A stretch of 64,000 nucleotides of DNA. Source: a virus. Every line of letters starts with the position of its first letter. Positions within the stretch are counted from its first letter, which is position 1. Position numbers and translations under genes: made by a program. Positions 55,453 through 64,000 of the stretch are shown one piece after another. The stretch is taken from IMG/VR virus record IMGVR_UViG_3300042301_003793; one strand, given 5' to 3'. A model generated the notes under the pieces. The model was not told where the DNA came from, did no database searches, and was given only the letters and a program-made list of their open reading frames with translations.

Positions 55453-58400
55453 TATCCTTCGGTGTTGATGTAAACTTTTATGAATTTATCAATTGCTGTA
55501 TTTCCGTTTGAAAGTCCAAAATAAAAATGATATGGTGCTCCAACAATAACACTTTGATTTGGTAATCCATTTACAACACCGTTTGGTAAAATTTCTGGAT
55601 TATCATTAGAATCAAAGTTTGTTATAAATCCAAAATTTTCAAGGTTATTTGATTTCCTAAAATATGGGTCTGTATTAAAATCTAAATCTTGATAAGTCTT
55701 ACTAAAGAATCCACCATTTGATAAAACCTGCGTATTCCAATTATTATCTTCTGTTCCAAAAATACTATTTGTTGGTCCTGTTATCCTCCATAAATAATGT
55801 GGTACATTTTGGTCGTGAGGATAACCATAATAATTAAATACACCACCACACTTGTAACTTAAAGCTTCAATACCAGGTGATAATTTTCTTCTATAACTAT
55901 AATCTTCGGTAGATGATGAAAAGAAAATACCAAATACAGGCTTTGCGTCTGGTGTTGCATCTGAACCAATATATAAGAAATTATTTGGGTAATTTTCTTC
56001 AATGTATGGACTTACTCTCCACTCAGAATTTATTGATAATGCTTGTGCGATATCACCATCAATTCTTTCCGCTTGTCTTGAGCTATTAAAAAACTGAACA
56101 ATACCTTTACCTTCTGATGATCCACCACTTGGGTTACCAATTGGTATTATTTGGTCCCAAACTGAAGCATTAAGTAGTCTTGAAATAAAACTCATTTGTA
56201 GCAAATCAGAATTATCTTGGTAAGACGTTGATTTTACTTGGTCAACAAGATATCCGTTAAAATCCGAATCATTACATATTTGACTAATAAACTTATCTCT
56301 AGGTCCCATATCCATTACTGTTGTTGGAAATTGTATTCTTTTTGTGTTATACCCTAACCCTGGGAAATCATTTATTAATTCTGTTGGCCAAAACTGACTT
56401 GCTGGCGGTGATTCAACACCAATAAAATTATTACCATTCCAAGGTGAAGACCTGTAATAAAAACCATTAGTTAATTCATTATAAACAATAGTATCTTGAC
56501 AGTACTTATATTGTGGTTCATCTGGTTGTGCTAAATTAAATTTACTTACTTTATTAAATGTAAACATATATAAAACACCATTAATCCAGTTGTTTTGGAA
56601 TGTTTGAGAAAATACTCCTCTACATGCCGCAAATGTTAGTGTAAATCTTGTTTTCCATTCAAGTAACAATCTAGCGTCTTCTGGAAATTCAAATAAAAAA
56701 TCTTTATTTAATAAACAATAACAACCTCTAACCATTCTATTTTCTGGTATATCGCAGTTTGGATTAATACTTACATTGGTCCCGCTACCTTGGTAACATT
56801 CTAAAGGTTTCATATTTTCACAACTTAATGTTGATGTTAAACCTTGTACAAATTCTGACTCATCATAAACGGCTTGACCAGCAGATGGGTCTGGTGCTAA
56901 AGCTATTGTTGGCGATGATTGACCTTGTGCACTAAAATATTGGAAATTAGTATTTTGATGTAGTGCATAACTTGTTTCAGCGTAATTTTCTTGGGTTCTT
57001 GTTGAGGTTGGTAATCTGTCACTTCTCATAACAAGGTATTGTGGTTGTCCAGGTGTTTGGTCAACTGTAAAGAATATTGGTGCCGGATTGTACTTATAGT
57101 AAGCAGGTGAATATACAGCATATTTAGTAAGTCCTACAGAATATTGGTCGTTATTTCCATTAAAATTTTGGGTCATACCTTGATAAATCTGACCAGCAAA
57201 TGAATTAGATGCTGTAAATGAACCACCAGCAAAATAATAATTTAAAGTAGATTGTGGTAAAGTTTGATGAAAAGGTGTGTTTGAAACATCATAAATTGTT
57301 GGTAAAACAGATGATCTTCCGTTTGAATTACTTAAAATAGTGTGTTGATTTGGTGCAATTGATGATATTGTTTGGAAATTTAATAATGGTGATGGTTTAT
57401 AACTATTAGCAATAAATTCATCTGGACATAAATAATAAAAAGGTAATGTTGACGTAAACCCAGTAAATTCATTACAAGTTACACCACTTACTATATATGT
57501 TTCTCCAATTCTAAAATTATATGGTTCAAAAAATAAATCTGGCGCTGAATCATTTTGTGTTATGATATGTGTTGTTGGTTTTATTCCTGTTGCTTGTATT
57601 GGTATATTCAAATAATATTCACCCTCAACAATTGGTCCTTGTCCAAATGATTTACCAAAAATTCTAGATAAATCGTATTTATTTTTTTGTTTAGGTGAAT
57701 GTGGGTCAACACCTCTAGTAATAATTAAAACTTCTAAATTACCAAATTGTGGAATATTTTCAACAATATTGTTAAAATATGAATACTGATAATTACTTGC
57801 CGGTGGTGGTGCTTGTGTTAAATTACAATCACCATCTTGATAAACAAAAACAGCATCGTGTTTTAGATATTTACTTGGGAAGTAATTTGCATTTGTGAAA
57901 CTTGCAAGTGAATTAAATTGGTTGTATGTATATCCGGAAATTAATTGGAAGTATTCTAAATCTATATTGTACTGTAAATAATTTTCACTTTCACCAGAAT
58001 AGAATAGTTCATATTGTACTGATTGGGAGTTGGTTGGTGTTGTTGGGTTTGCATAACTTAAATTTGTAATACTAATACCAGTTGTTGTGAAACCAGTAAC
58101 GGCATTATTTCCAAATTGATTTTCACCAAAATTATTACCATCGTGAAACGTAACACCTGTCAAATTTGGGTTACACAAAGAAATCACACCATCTTGGAAT
58201 GTAAATAAACTACCAACACCGATTTGACTTGCGGTTCCGGCTTTTGCTAATATTACCAATACTTGGTCTTTATGTTTTGTATTTTGATTATTAGTACTTG
58301 TTGTGTTAAATGTTACTTCAATTTGATTTACATTATCAAAATATTTTTGTCTCAAATTAAATTCATTTAATTTTTGTGAATATGTTTCAGTATATGGTTT

Positions 58401-61070
58401 TGCAAAAAATCTCCAATCACTACCTAAATATTTTTGAGCTGAAAGTAAAAAATGATTTGGTGCGTGTAAATATGTTTTATCTGGAACACCATAATAATCA
58501 TTTCCAATATCTAATGATTCACTACCGCTTAATAATCTTTGATATCCAAGAGTTGCGGCAATAATAACATTTGTGTCTATCCATTGTTCTCCGATTGAGT
58601 AACTTAATGATTTATGCCCACACCAAGGTACGTTCCAAAATAATGGTGAATTACAATTGAATGTTGGATTACAGCTAAACCCATTAAAATAATAGGGTCC
58701 TGTAATTGGTTGATTTTGTGGTTCTGGTTGAGACACATTTGGATGTGATAATGTTGGGTAAGAAGAAGGTAGATTAATTGGTGCAATAAAAGAATTATCA
58801 GTAATTGCTGTTGTTGGTATTCCTTCTGGTAAATCTGAACCGTCAACTTGTGATTGAGCATCAGATATTCCTTGATTAACACTAGACTCATTTATGTTAT
58901 TTGCCTCAGAAAAGTCTGCGTTTCCACATTCACAATCACATGCTGTACAATCGGGATATGATAACATTGGTAATCCAAGTCTTGGGAAGTTATCAATATT
59001 TATTAAATATTTTAGTGTAAAAGCACTTAAAGCAATACCTGCGGCAACCATAAATAACACTTTCACACCTTGTTTTATAATTTGTAAAATTGTTGCAAGA
59101 GAAATTACTGGACCACCTGCGTTTGCATCACCTATTGAAGTGATATAGTAATATAAATCAATTCCCGAATCAACACCAAGGTATGATATGTATACACCCA
59201 AAAATACTAACAAGTATTTAAGTACTGGCCAAATAAATGAAATTAAATGTGCTATAAACAATAAAGGAACAAAAACAAGTGGTGTTAATATTGAAATAAA
59301 CAAATTAAAAATAAAAAATAAAAAATCAAAATTTCTTACAACGTCATTTACTGGAAATGTGTTTGTTTCAGACTTACAAGTTCTATTATCAATTTCTTTT
59401 ATCCCTAAATGTTTTGCTCTTCCAAGACCTCTTTTATAACGATCAAGAAACATTGCTGTTGTATATACTTTATTATAGTGAAATTCATAAAAAGTATCTT
59501 CACAATTTATTGCCGCTTGTGAATCTGCGTAGTCGTCCCAATCTAAACTAAATGAATATGATTTTAATAAATCAAAATATTCTTGATTAAAAAACTTATA
59601 AACAATGTCTGATGGTTGATTTGGGTCCTCTGGAACCAAAGTTACATTTATAAAATCATTTGGTGTTTGTGTTGATATCACTTGGGTGTCACCATAATAT
59701 GGTGTCCAAGGTCCACCAATACTTGGTCCTACTTCAACAGAATAACTTGATACATTTACAACTTCTTTAAAAACTAAACCACTATTTCCAAGTGGACCAA
59801 ATATAACACTTGTACCTTGTCCGGGTTGTATTGTTCCGGTAAGTAATTGTACTTGTCCAGTTTTTAAAGGGTCACTATTATAAGTGGATACTGTCCACCC
59901 ATGTTCTTTAATATTTGGTACAAAATAATTTGCTCTTTGGAACTCATTTTGTAAACCACCTTCGTTTTCCCACTTAAATTTAAACCTATACCTTGCTTTT
60001 GTTGGTATTCCTAATTTTGGGTCATTTGAAATTGCTTGTTCACCAAATTCATTTGTGTAAACATAATCTAAGTTCATTGGTAAATTAACCAAATACGAAC
60101 CATCACCATCTATTACTTTTCCATCGTTTGGTAATTTAAATTCTTCAAGTATTGGGAGTCCTAACTGGTCAACATTTATTGTTTGTCTTATTGATAATAT
60201 TTGTCCTGGACCTGCGATTAACTCACAAAGATTTCCAGTATTATTTTTTGGTTTACAACTTACTCTTAGTGCATCGTCATCAGTTGTTGATATTATAGAA
60301 CCAAGAAAGACTGCTTTTGGTTCAATACTTATATTTGCTTCACTTAAATCAAAGTCAACTCTTGTAATACCTAATTGGCAAACGTCTGTATCACCCCATA
60401 ATGGTGAAATATCAATAATTTTATTTAATGTTTTTATCTGTGGAAGTTCATTTAAATTTGTAGAAGACTTAAATGTATTTCCATCAACTTGATTTTCTGT
60501 TGCAATTCCATTCTGGATTAAGTCTTGTGGTGTTAGTGAAAAACAACCAATATCCGACAAATCAACATCCAAAAATACAGTCTGGGTTCCTAAAGGAATC
60601 CCAAAAATCATATAATCACCACTTTCATTTGTTTTAGTTGTGAACTTATAATATTTGTCGTACACCTCAATATAAGATTGGTCTAATAAAACTTCTTCTT
60701 TTGTTGGAAAAGTTCCAGTTGCTGCGTGACCTTCATACGAGGGTAGTTTAGGTAATAAATTATATCTATAACCGTCGTCACTTACATCAGATAAACTTTG
60801 GTAAGGGTATAATTCAGTTATTACTGGGTTATTTTCATCTTCTGGTTGTAGCGGTATGAAAATAGAAACCCTTGCATTTGGTAATCCAAAACCACCATTA
60901 ACAAATACACGACCAACAATAACACCATAGTCAGAACATTGTCTACTATAAACCTCACTCTGTAATATTTTAAGAGAAAGTATGTTAATTTGGTCAAAAT
61001 CTTGGTCCAGATTAACTTTAACTGATTTGTCGACCCCAACCTGGGTTCTTATTCTATATGATTTTGGCAT
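55452..61070 (-). CDS. Giant (1872 aa) baseplate-adjacent protein with internal hydrophobic helices
   Basis: N-terminal carboxypeptidase-regulatory-like beta-sandwich (VGRVFVNGGFGLPNARVSI...TNESGDY) and hydrophobic segments at about 59000-59330. TATTTAT at 61095-61089. Confidence 0.65.
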   Translation of the reverse strand: MPKSYRIRTQVGVDKSVKVNLDQDFDQINILSLKILQSEVYSRQCSDYGVIVGRVFVNGGFGLPNARVSIFIPLQPEDENNPVITELYPYQSLSDVSDDGYRYNLLPKLPSYEGHAATGTFPTKEEVLLDQSYIEVYDKYYKFTTKTNESGDYMIFGIPLGTQTVFLDVDLSDIGCFSLTPQDLIQNGIATENQVDGNTFKSSTNLNELPQIKTLNKIIDISPLWGDTDVCQLGITRVDFDLSEANISIEPKAVFLGSIISTTDDDALRVSCKPKNNTGNLCELIAGPGQILSIRQTINVDQLGLPILEEFKLPNDGKVIDGDGSYLVNLPMNLDYVYTNEFGEQAISNDPKLGIPTKARYRFKFKWENEGGLQNEFQRANYFVPNIKEHGWTVSTYNSDPLKTGQVQLLTGTIQPGQGTSVIFGPLGNSGLVFKEVVNVSSYSVEVGPSIGGPWTPYYGDTQVISTQTPNDFINVTLVPEDPNQPSDIVYKFFNQEYFDLLKSYSFSLDWDDYADSQAAINCEDTFYEFHYNKVYTTAMFLDRYKRGLGRAKHLGIKEIDNRTCKSETNTFPVNDVVRNFDFLFFIFNLFISILTPLVFVPLLFIAHLISFIWPVLKYLLVFLGVYISYLGVDSGIDLYYYITSIGDANAGGPVISLATILQIIKQGVKVLFMVAAGIALSAFTLKYLINIDNFPRLGLPMLSYPDCTACDCECGNADFSEANNINESSVNQGISDAQSQVDGSDLPEGIPTTAITDNSFIAPINLPSSYPTLSHPNVSQPEPQNQPITGPYYFNGFSCNPTFNCNSPLFWNVPWCGHKSLSYSIGEQWIDTNVIIAATLGYQRLLSGSESLDIGNDYYGVPDKTYLHAPNHFLLSAQKYLGSDWRFFAKPYTETYSQKLNEFNLRQKYFDNVNQIEVTFNTTSTNNQNTKHKDQVLVILAKAGTASQIGVGSLFTFQDGVISLCNPNLTGVTFHDGNNFGENQFGNNAVTGFTTTGISITNLSYANPTTPTNSQSVQYELFYSGESENYLQYNIDLEYFQLISGYTYNQFNSLASFTNANYFPSKYLKHDAVFVYQDGDCNLTQAPPPASNYQYSYFNNIVENIPQFGNLEVLIITRGVDPHSPKQKNKYDLSRIFGKSFGQGPIVEGEYYLNIPIQATGIKPTTHIITQNDSAPDLFFEPYNFRIGETYIVSGVTCNEFTGFTSTLPFYYLCPDEFIANSYKPSPLLNFQTISSIAPNQHTILSNSNGRSSVLPTIYDVSNTPFHQTLPQSTLNYYFAGGSFTASNSFAGQIYQGMTQNFNGNNDQYSVGLTKYAVYSPAYYKYNPAPIFFTVDQTPGQPQYLVMRSDRLPTSTRTQENYAETSYALHQNTNFQYFSAQGQSSPTIALAPDPSAGQAVYDESEFVQGLTSTLSCENMKPLECYQGSGTNVSINPNCDIPENRMVRGCYCLLNKDFLFEFPEDARLLLEWKTRFTLTFAACRGVFSQTFQNNWINGVLYMFTFNKVSKFNLAQPDEPQYKYCQDTIVYNELTNGFYYRSSPWNGNNFIGVESPPASQFWPTELINDFPGLGYNTKRIQFPTTVMDMGPRDKFISQICNDSDFNGYLVDQVKSTSYQDNSDLLQMSFISRLLNASVWDQIIPIGNPSGGSSEGKGIVQFFNSSRQAERIDGDIAQALSINSEWRVSPYIEENYPNNFLYIGSDATPDAKPVFGIFFSSSTEDYSYRRKLSPGIEALSYKCGGVFNYYGYPHDQNVPHYLWRITGPTNSIFGTEDNNWNTQVLSNGGFFSKTYQDLDFNTDPYFRKSNNLENFGFITNFDSNDNPEILPNGVVNGLPNQSVIVGAPYHFYFGLSNGNTAIDKFIKVYINTEG

Positions 61071-61145
61071 TAAATTTCTTCTTTTTTGATAAATAGTTTA
61101 TTTCCTATTTTCAAAAAATAATCCTTTTATAAAAAAAATAAATTA

Positions 61146-62984
61146 TCAAGAAAAGTTAATACCCTTAAAGTTAAGAACTCTTACATTAATATCCTTATTT
61201 GGGAACCTAATTTGATACATTTGGGTTGGTTCTGCAAATATGGTATCGGCAATTAATTCTATTTGTCTTGTTGCTGGGTCAATATATCTTTGTGATGTTT
61301 GTGATGACGAGTACTGACCACCAACTTTATTAAAGAATTGTACATCAGATATACTAATAACACCATCTAAATTTTGGATTCGTTTTCTAATTTCAGAAAT
61401 ATATACATTTTCACCCATTTGTCTATTAGCCGGTGAAAAATATTGTGTTATTATGTCTATAATTTGTGTAACAATTGTTCCTTGATTTTGGCTTGCATCT
61501 AAAACAACATCAACATTTGTACTTAAATCAATAACATTAGCACTTTCAACAGAAATATAATCGTTAATCATTCTGTAATTTGATAAGTAATTAGCAATAT
61601 TCTGTTTTAGTGTATTGGATGTTATTTCAGTTAATTTTCCATCACTATCATAAGATAATAATTTAATCTTAATTTTATTATTTTCTTCAGTAATCGTAAC
61701 TTTAGCTGGTGCACCAAATTGTGATGGCATTGTTCTAATTATTGATTCGTAGTCATTGATTGTAACCGCTCTATTTTGTGCTGAAAAGTTAAATGAAACC
61801 ATTTGTCTAACCTCTTCTGTTGATGGATTGTCTGCCCCACCAATTGCCGCTGTAACGTTATTACATCGTAAAGAATTAATAACGCTTCTATTAACATTAT
61901 CTGATGGACCATTAACAGCAAAATTAACAGTTCCAATTTGACTTATTACATTTATACCTAAGTTTGTATTACTACCACCACCAACTCTATATTGTATAAA
62001 CATTGTTGTGTTAGGTTTTAATGCGCTACCTAATGTTAGGTTGTTTGTATATTTTGAAAGGTCGAACGAAAGACCGTCTCTTGCAAATTCTCTTAACTGG
62101 TCTTCAGCTGAGGTATTACCACCACCAAACGTCATTTTAAAGAATCCTTCTGGTGTATATTCAGTTATAAACTTATCTGTTGTTGTAACATATTTTCCAA
62201 CTTTAATACCTGGACTATCAGATGTTTTTGTTGGGTCTTCAATAAAAACTCTATCTTCCATTAAGGCTTGAACTTCATACCATCGATTGTTTTGACCAAG
62301 AAATTCTTGAGTAGGTGGTATTGTTACATATTGTGTCCCTTCTTTTATTAGTACACTTGTTATACCCAATACATTTTTTTCTGGTAAGAATAATTCATAA
62401 AAAGGTCTAACGTCATTAGGTGTAACAACTTTTTTAAATACTTTTGTAACACCATTAACAACAACTTCACGTTTAATAATTGTATAGTTTATTATTTTTC
62501 CGTTTGAATCGAAATTAGGTATCTTTAATCTATTTGGTGAACCTTCGGCATTTACTGCGGATGAAAAATCGATATCATAAACAGTTTCAAACGGTTGTCC
62601 AGCACCAAGAACTTGAGCACCTCTTCTTAATATACCACAGTAACTTAAATTTTCTTTATCACCAAAAGCTGGTACAGTGATTGAAAAGTCTACTAAGGAA
62701 ACAGAAGGTCTTTGTCCTGGAATTTTTAACCCATAAGTTCTTGCAATATTAAAAACTGAAGATCTTTGTTGGGCATATTGTAAAACAGTTTCTTGAATAC
62801 TTCTATCAATATGGAATTGTAGGTTGTCTGTAACCGCCGCATTTAAATCCAAAAATACCGAAAAAATACCGGCATCGTTAAAGTTTTGTACAAGGTCTGG
62901 ATAATACTGTCTAGTAAAATTAATAAGTTCGGTTCTTATTCCTTGAAAGTCCCTTGTTGTGTACGATATTTTCTTTTCTGCCAT
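61146..62984 (-). CDS. Baseplate wedge protein (T4 gp6 / baseplate J-like)
   Basis: YTTRDFQGIR, DRSIQET, YRVGGG, AAIGGAD, QNRAVTINDYE. Confidence 0.85.
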   Translation of the reverse strand: MAEKKISYTTRDFQGIRTELINFTRQYYPDLVQNFNDAGIFSVFLDLNAAVTDNLQFHIDRSIQETVLQYAQQRSSVFNIARTYGLKIPGQRPSVSLVDFSITVPAFGDKENLSYCGILRRGAQVLGAGQPFETVYDIDFSSAVNAEGSPNRLKIPNFDSNGKIINYTIIKREVVVNGVTKVFKKVVTPNDVRPFYELFLPEKNVLGITSVLIKEGTQYVTIPPTQEFLGQNNRWYEVQALMEDRVFIEDPTKTSDSPGIKVGKYVTTTDKFITEYTPEGFFKMTFGGGNTSAEDQLREFARDGLSFDLSKYTNNLTLGSALKPNTTMFIQYRVGGGSNTNLGINVISQIGTVNFAVNGPSDNVNRSVINSLRCNNVTAAIGGADNPSTEEVRQMVSFNFSAQNRAVTINDYESIIRTMPSQFGAPAKVTITEENNKIKIKLLSYDSDGKLTEITSNTLKQNIANYLSNYRMINDYISVESANVIDLSTNVDVVLDASQNQGTIVTQIIDIITQYFSPANRQMGENVYISEIRKRIQNLDGVISISDVQFFNKVGGQYSSSQTSQRYIDPATRQIELIADTIFAEPTQMYQIRFPNKDINVRVLNFKGINFS

Positions 62985-62989
62985 TTTTT

Positions 62990-63451
62990 TTAAATATTAA
63001 GTATTACAAAATCACTTGATTCAAAAGCACTATTTGTAACTTTATAATCAATTTTTACTCTTGCTGTATATTCTTTTTGTGATAATCCGGGTACACGATA
63101 TTCTCTTTGTCCTTTTGAGTTAATATATGTTGCTCCTGGGTCCTCTAAATCAGCTGTTGCTTCTTTTATTTCAATATTTGTAACCAGTACTCCTGGCATA
63201 TATCTTCCAACACTTTCTCTAATTTCAGATTCAACATCAGAAAAAGTAGGACCATCTAATGGTTCAAAAATAAATTCATATAATCTTGTCCCAAAATCGG
63301 GTAAAAAATATCTAGTTCCTTTCCTTGTTAAAAGTAGGTGTATTAAATTACTTCTTATTTCATCATCAGCAGTTGGTGTAACACCAAGATACTTACCAAG
63401 TGATGATTGTTCAAAAGGAAATGCTAAACCATATGTTGTACCGTATGCCAT
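62990..63451 (-). CDS. Baseplate wedge subunit (T4 gp25-like)
   Basis: IRSNLIHLLLTRKGTRYFLPDFGTRLYEFIFEP. Confidence 0.9.
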   Translation of the reverse strand: MAYGTTYGLAFPFEQSSLGKYLGVTPTADDEIRSNLIHLLLTRKGTRYFLPDFGTRLYEFIFEPLDGPTFSDVESEIRESVGRYMPGVLVTNIEIKEATADLEDPGATYINSKGQREYRVPGLSQKEYTARVKIDYKVTNSAFESSDFVILNI

Positions 63452-63514
63452 ATAACATAAATATACATTATAGTAATTTTGAATAAATAATTAAAATCTT
63501 AAATAAGATTTCTA

Positions 63515-64000
63515 TTAGTCTAAACTATCTTCGTGCTTTCTAAAAAATTCTAGTGGTATGTCTCTATGAGCTTTACTGGTTTTTGTTAATGTGCCATTTT
63601 TTTCCATAGCGGCAAGTACTGATTTAATCGAAGGATAACCACCCCAATTACCACTATTTGATAAAGACTTAACATTTGACGGTAATTTTGTGTATACTTT
63701 TGATGAAGATGGATCAATAAGACCAATAAAATCATAGTCTTTTACATTATTATCTATTTCTTTCCAGACCAATCTTCCTCCAGCTGAAAATCCCATAATT
63801 TTTGTTACGTTTTTAGTTTCTTTAAGTTTTTCTAATTTTGAACCTTCGTTATAGTTTATAAATTCAACATTTTTGGTAGACAAACCAGCATTTTCCCATT
63901 GTGATTTCATCCAATTAGCTGTTGCATAACTTATACCACCAATAACCACTGTGGTACCACCACTTTCCGTTTTTGTTTTCTTTTCGTCTTTTTTTTCTTC
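63515..64000 (-). CDS. Protein with alpha/beta-hydrolase-like GxSxG motif (5'-truncated by window edge)
   Basis: The frame is open from 64000 (EEKKDEKKTKTESGGTTVVIGG...). IMGFSAGG nucleophile elbow followed by IGLIDP. Confidence 0.55.
   Translation of the reverse strand, partial: EEKKDEKKTKTESGGTTVVIGGISYATANWMKSQWENAGLSTKNVEFINYNEGSKLEKLKETKNVTKIMGFSAGGRLVWKEIDNNVKDYDFIGLIDPSSSKVYTKLPSNVKSLSNSGNWGGYPSIKSVLAAMEKNGTLTKTSKAHRDIPLEFFRKHEDSLD

Noticed and set aside
1096-62271. Many short ORFs in the track that overlap longer genes in antisense or alternate frames (e.g. 1096-1425, 3197-3670, 21991-22419, 28994-29452, 44921-45280, 58604-58891)
   Set aside because: They lie within well-supported genes, show no motifs, and have the composition expected of shadow frames.
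1-64000. Alternative genetic code (TAG/TGA recoding, as in some large Bacteroidota phages)
   Set aside because: Genes tile densely in code 11. TAG ends dnaJ, dcm copy 1 and the 63515 ORF, and TGA ends several others at expected positions.

Overview
An AT-rich segment of a large tailed (myovirus-like, jumbo-type) phage genome read in standard code 11. Most genes are on the minus strand. No tRNA, rRNA, CRISPR array, integrase or transposase was seen. Several independent signs point to a Bacteroidota host: TTTG-N19/20-TAnnTTTG promoters, a region-1.1-less sigma70 with FISYAVWW, an Hc1 histone-like protein, SprB repeats and a DUF6576 tail. Layout: (1) 1-20 kb, accessory, chaperone, redox and lysis genes mixed with putative head-cargo proteins; (2) 20-36 kb, two C5 methyltransferases, a sigma factor, a type IIG-like REase-MTase, SbcCD, exonuclease, primase and RuvC-like resolvase; (3) 36-64 kb, a tail and baseplate module. 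Best leads: (a) a signal-less glycosyltransferase carrying the motif series of plant protein O-glycosyltransferases (SGT1/HPAT, GT96/GT95), embedded among Cys-rich tail proteins with mucin-like poly-Thr and Pro-Thr tracts, suggesting a virion O-glycosylation system; (b) an intergenic structured RNA (three-way junction) with its own host-type promoter at about 19.98-20.12 kb; (c) a shared [LF]TE..[LI]..[LI]I....E helix or hydrophobic-x-E leader in at least 7 unrelated proteins, a putative head-targeting or maturation signal; (d) a TATTTAT(A) motif, the reverse complement of the T4 late promoter, upstream of about 18 genes, most of them structural or putative cargo. All family assignments come from motif recognition by eye, without database searches.
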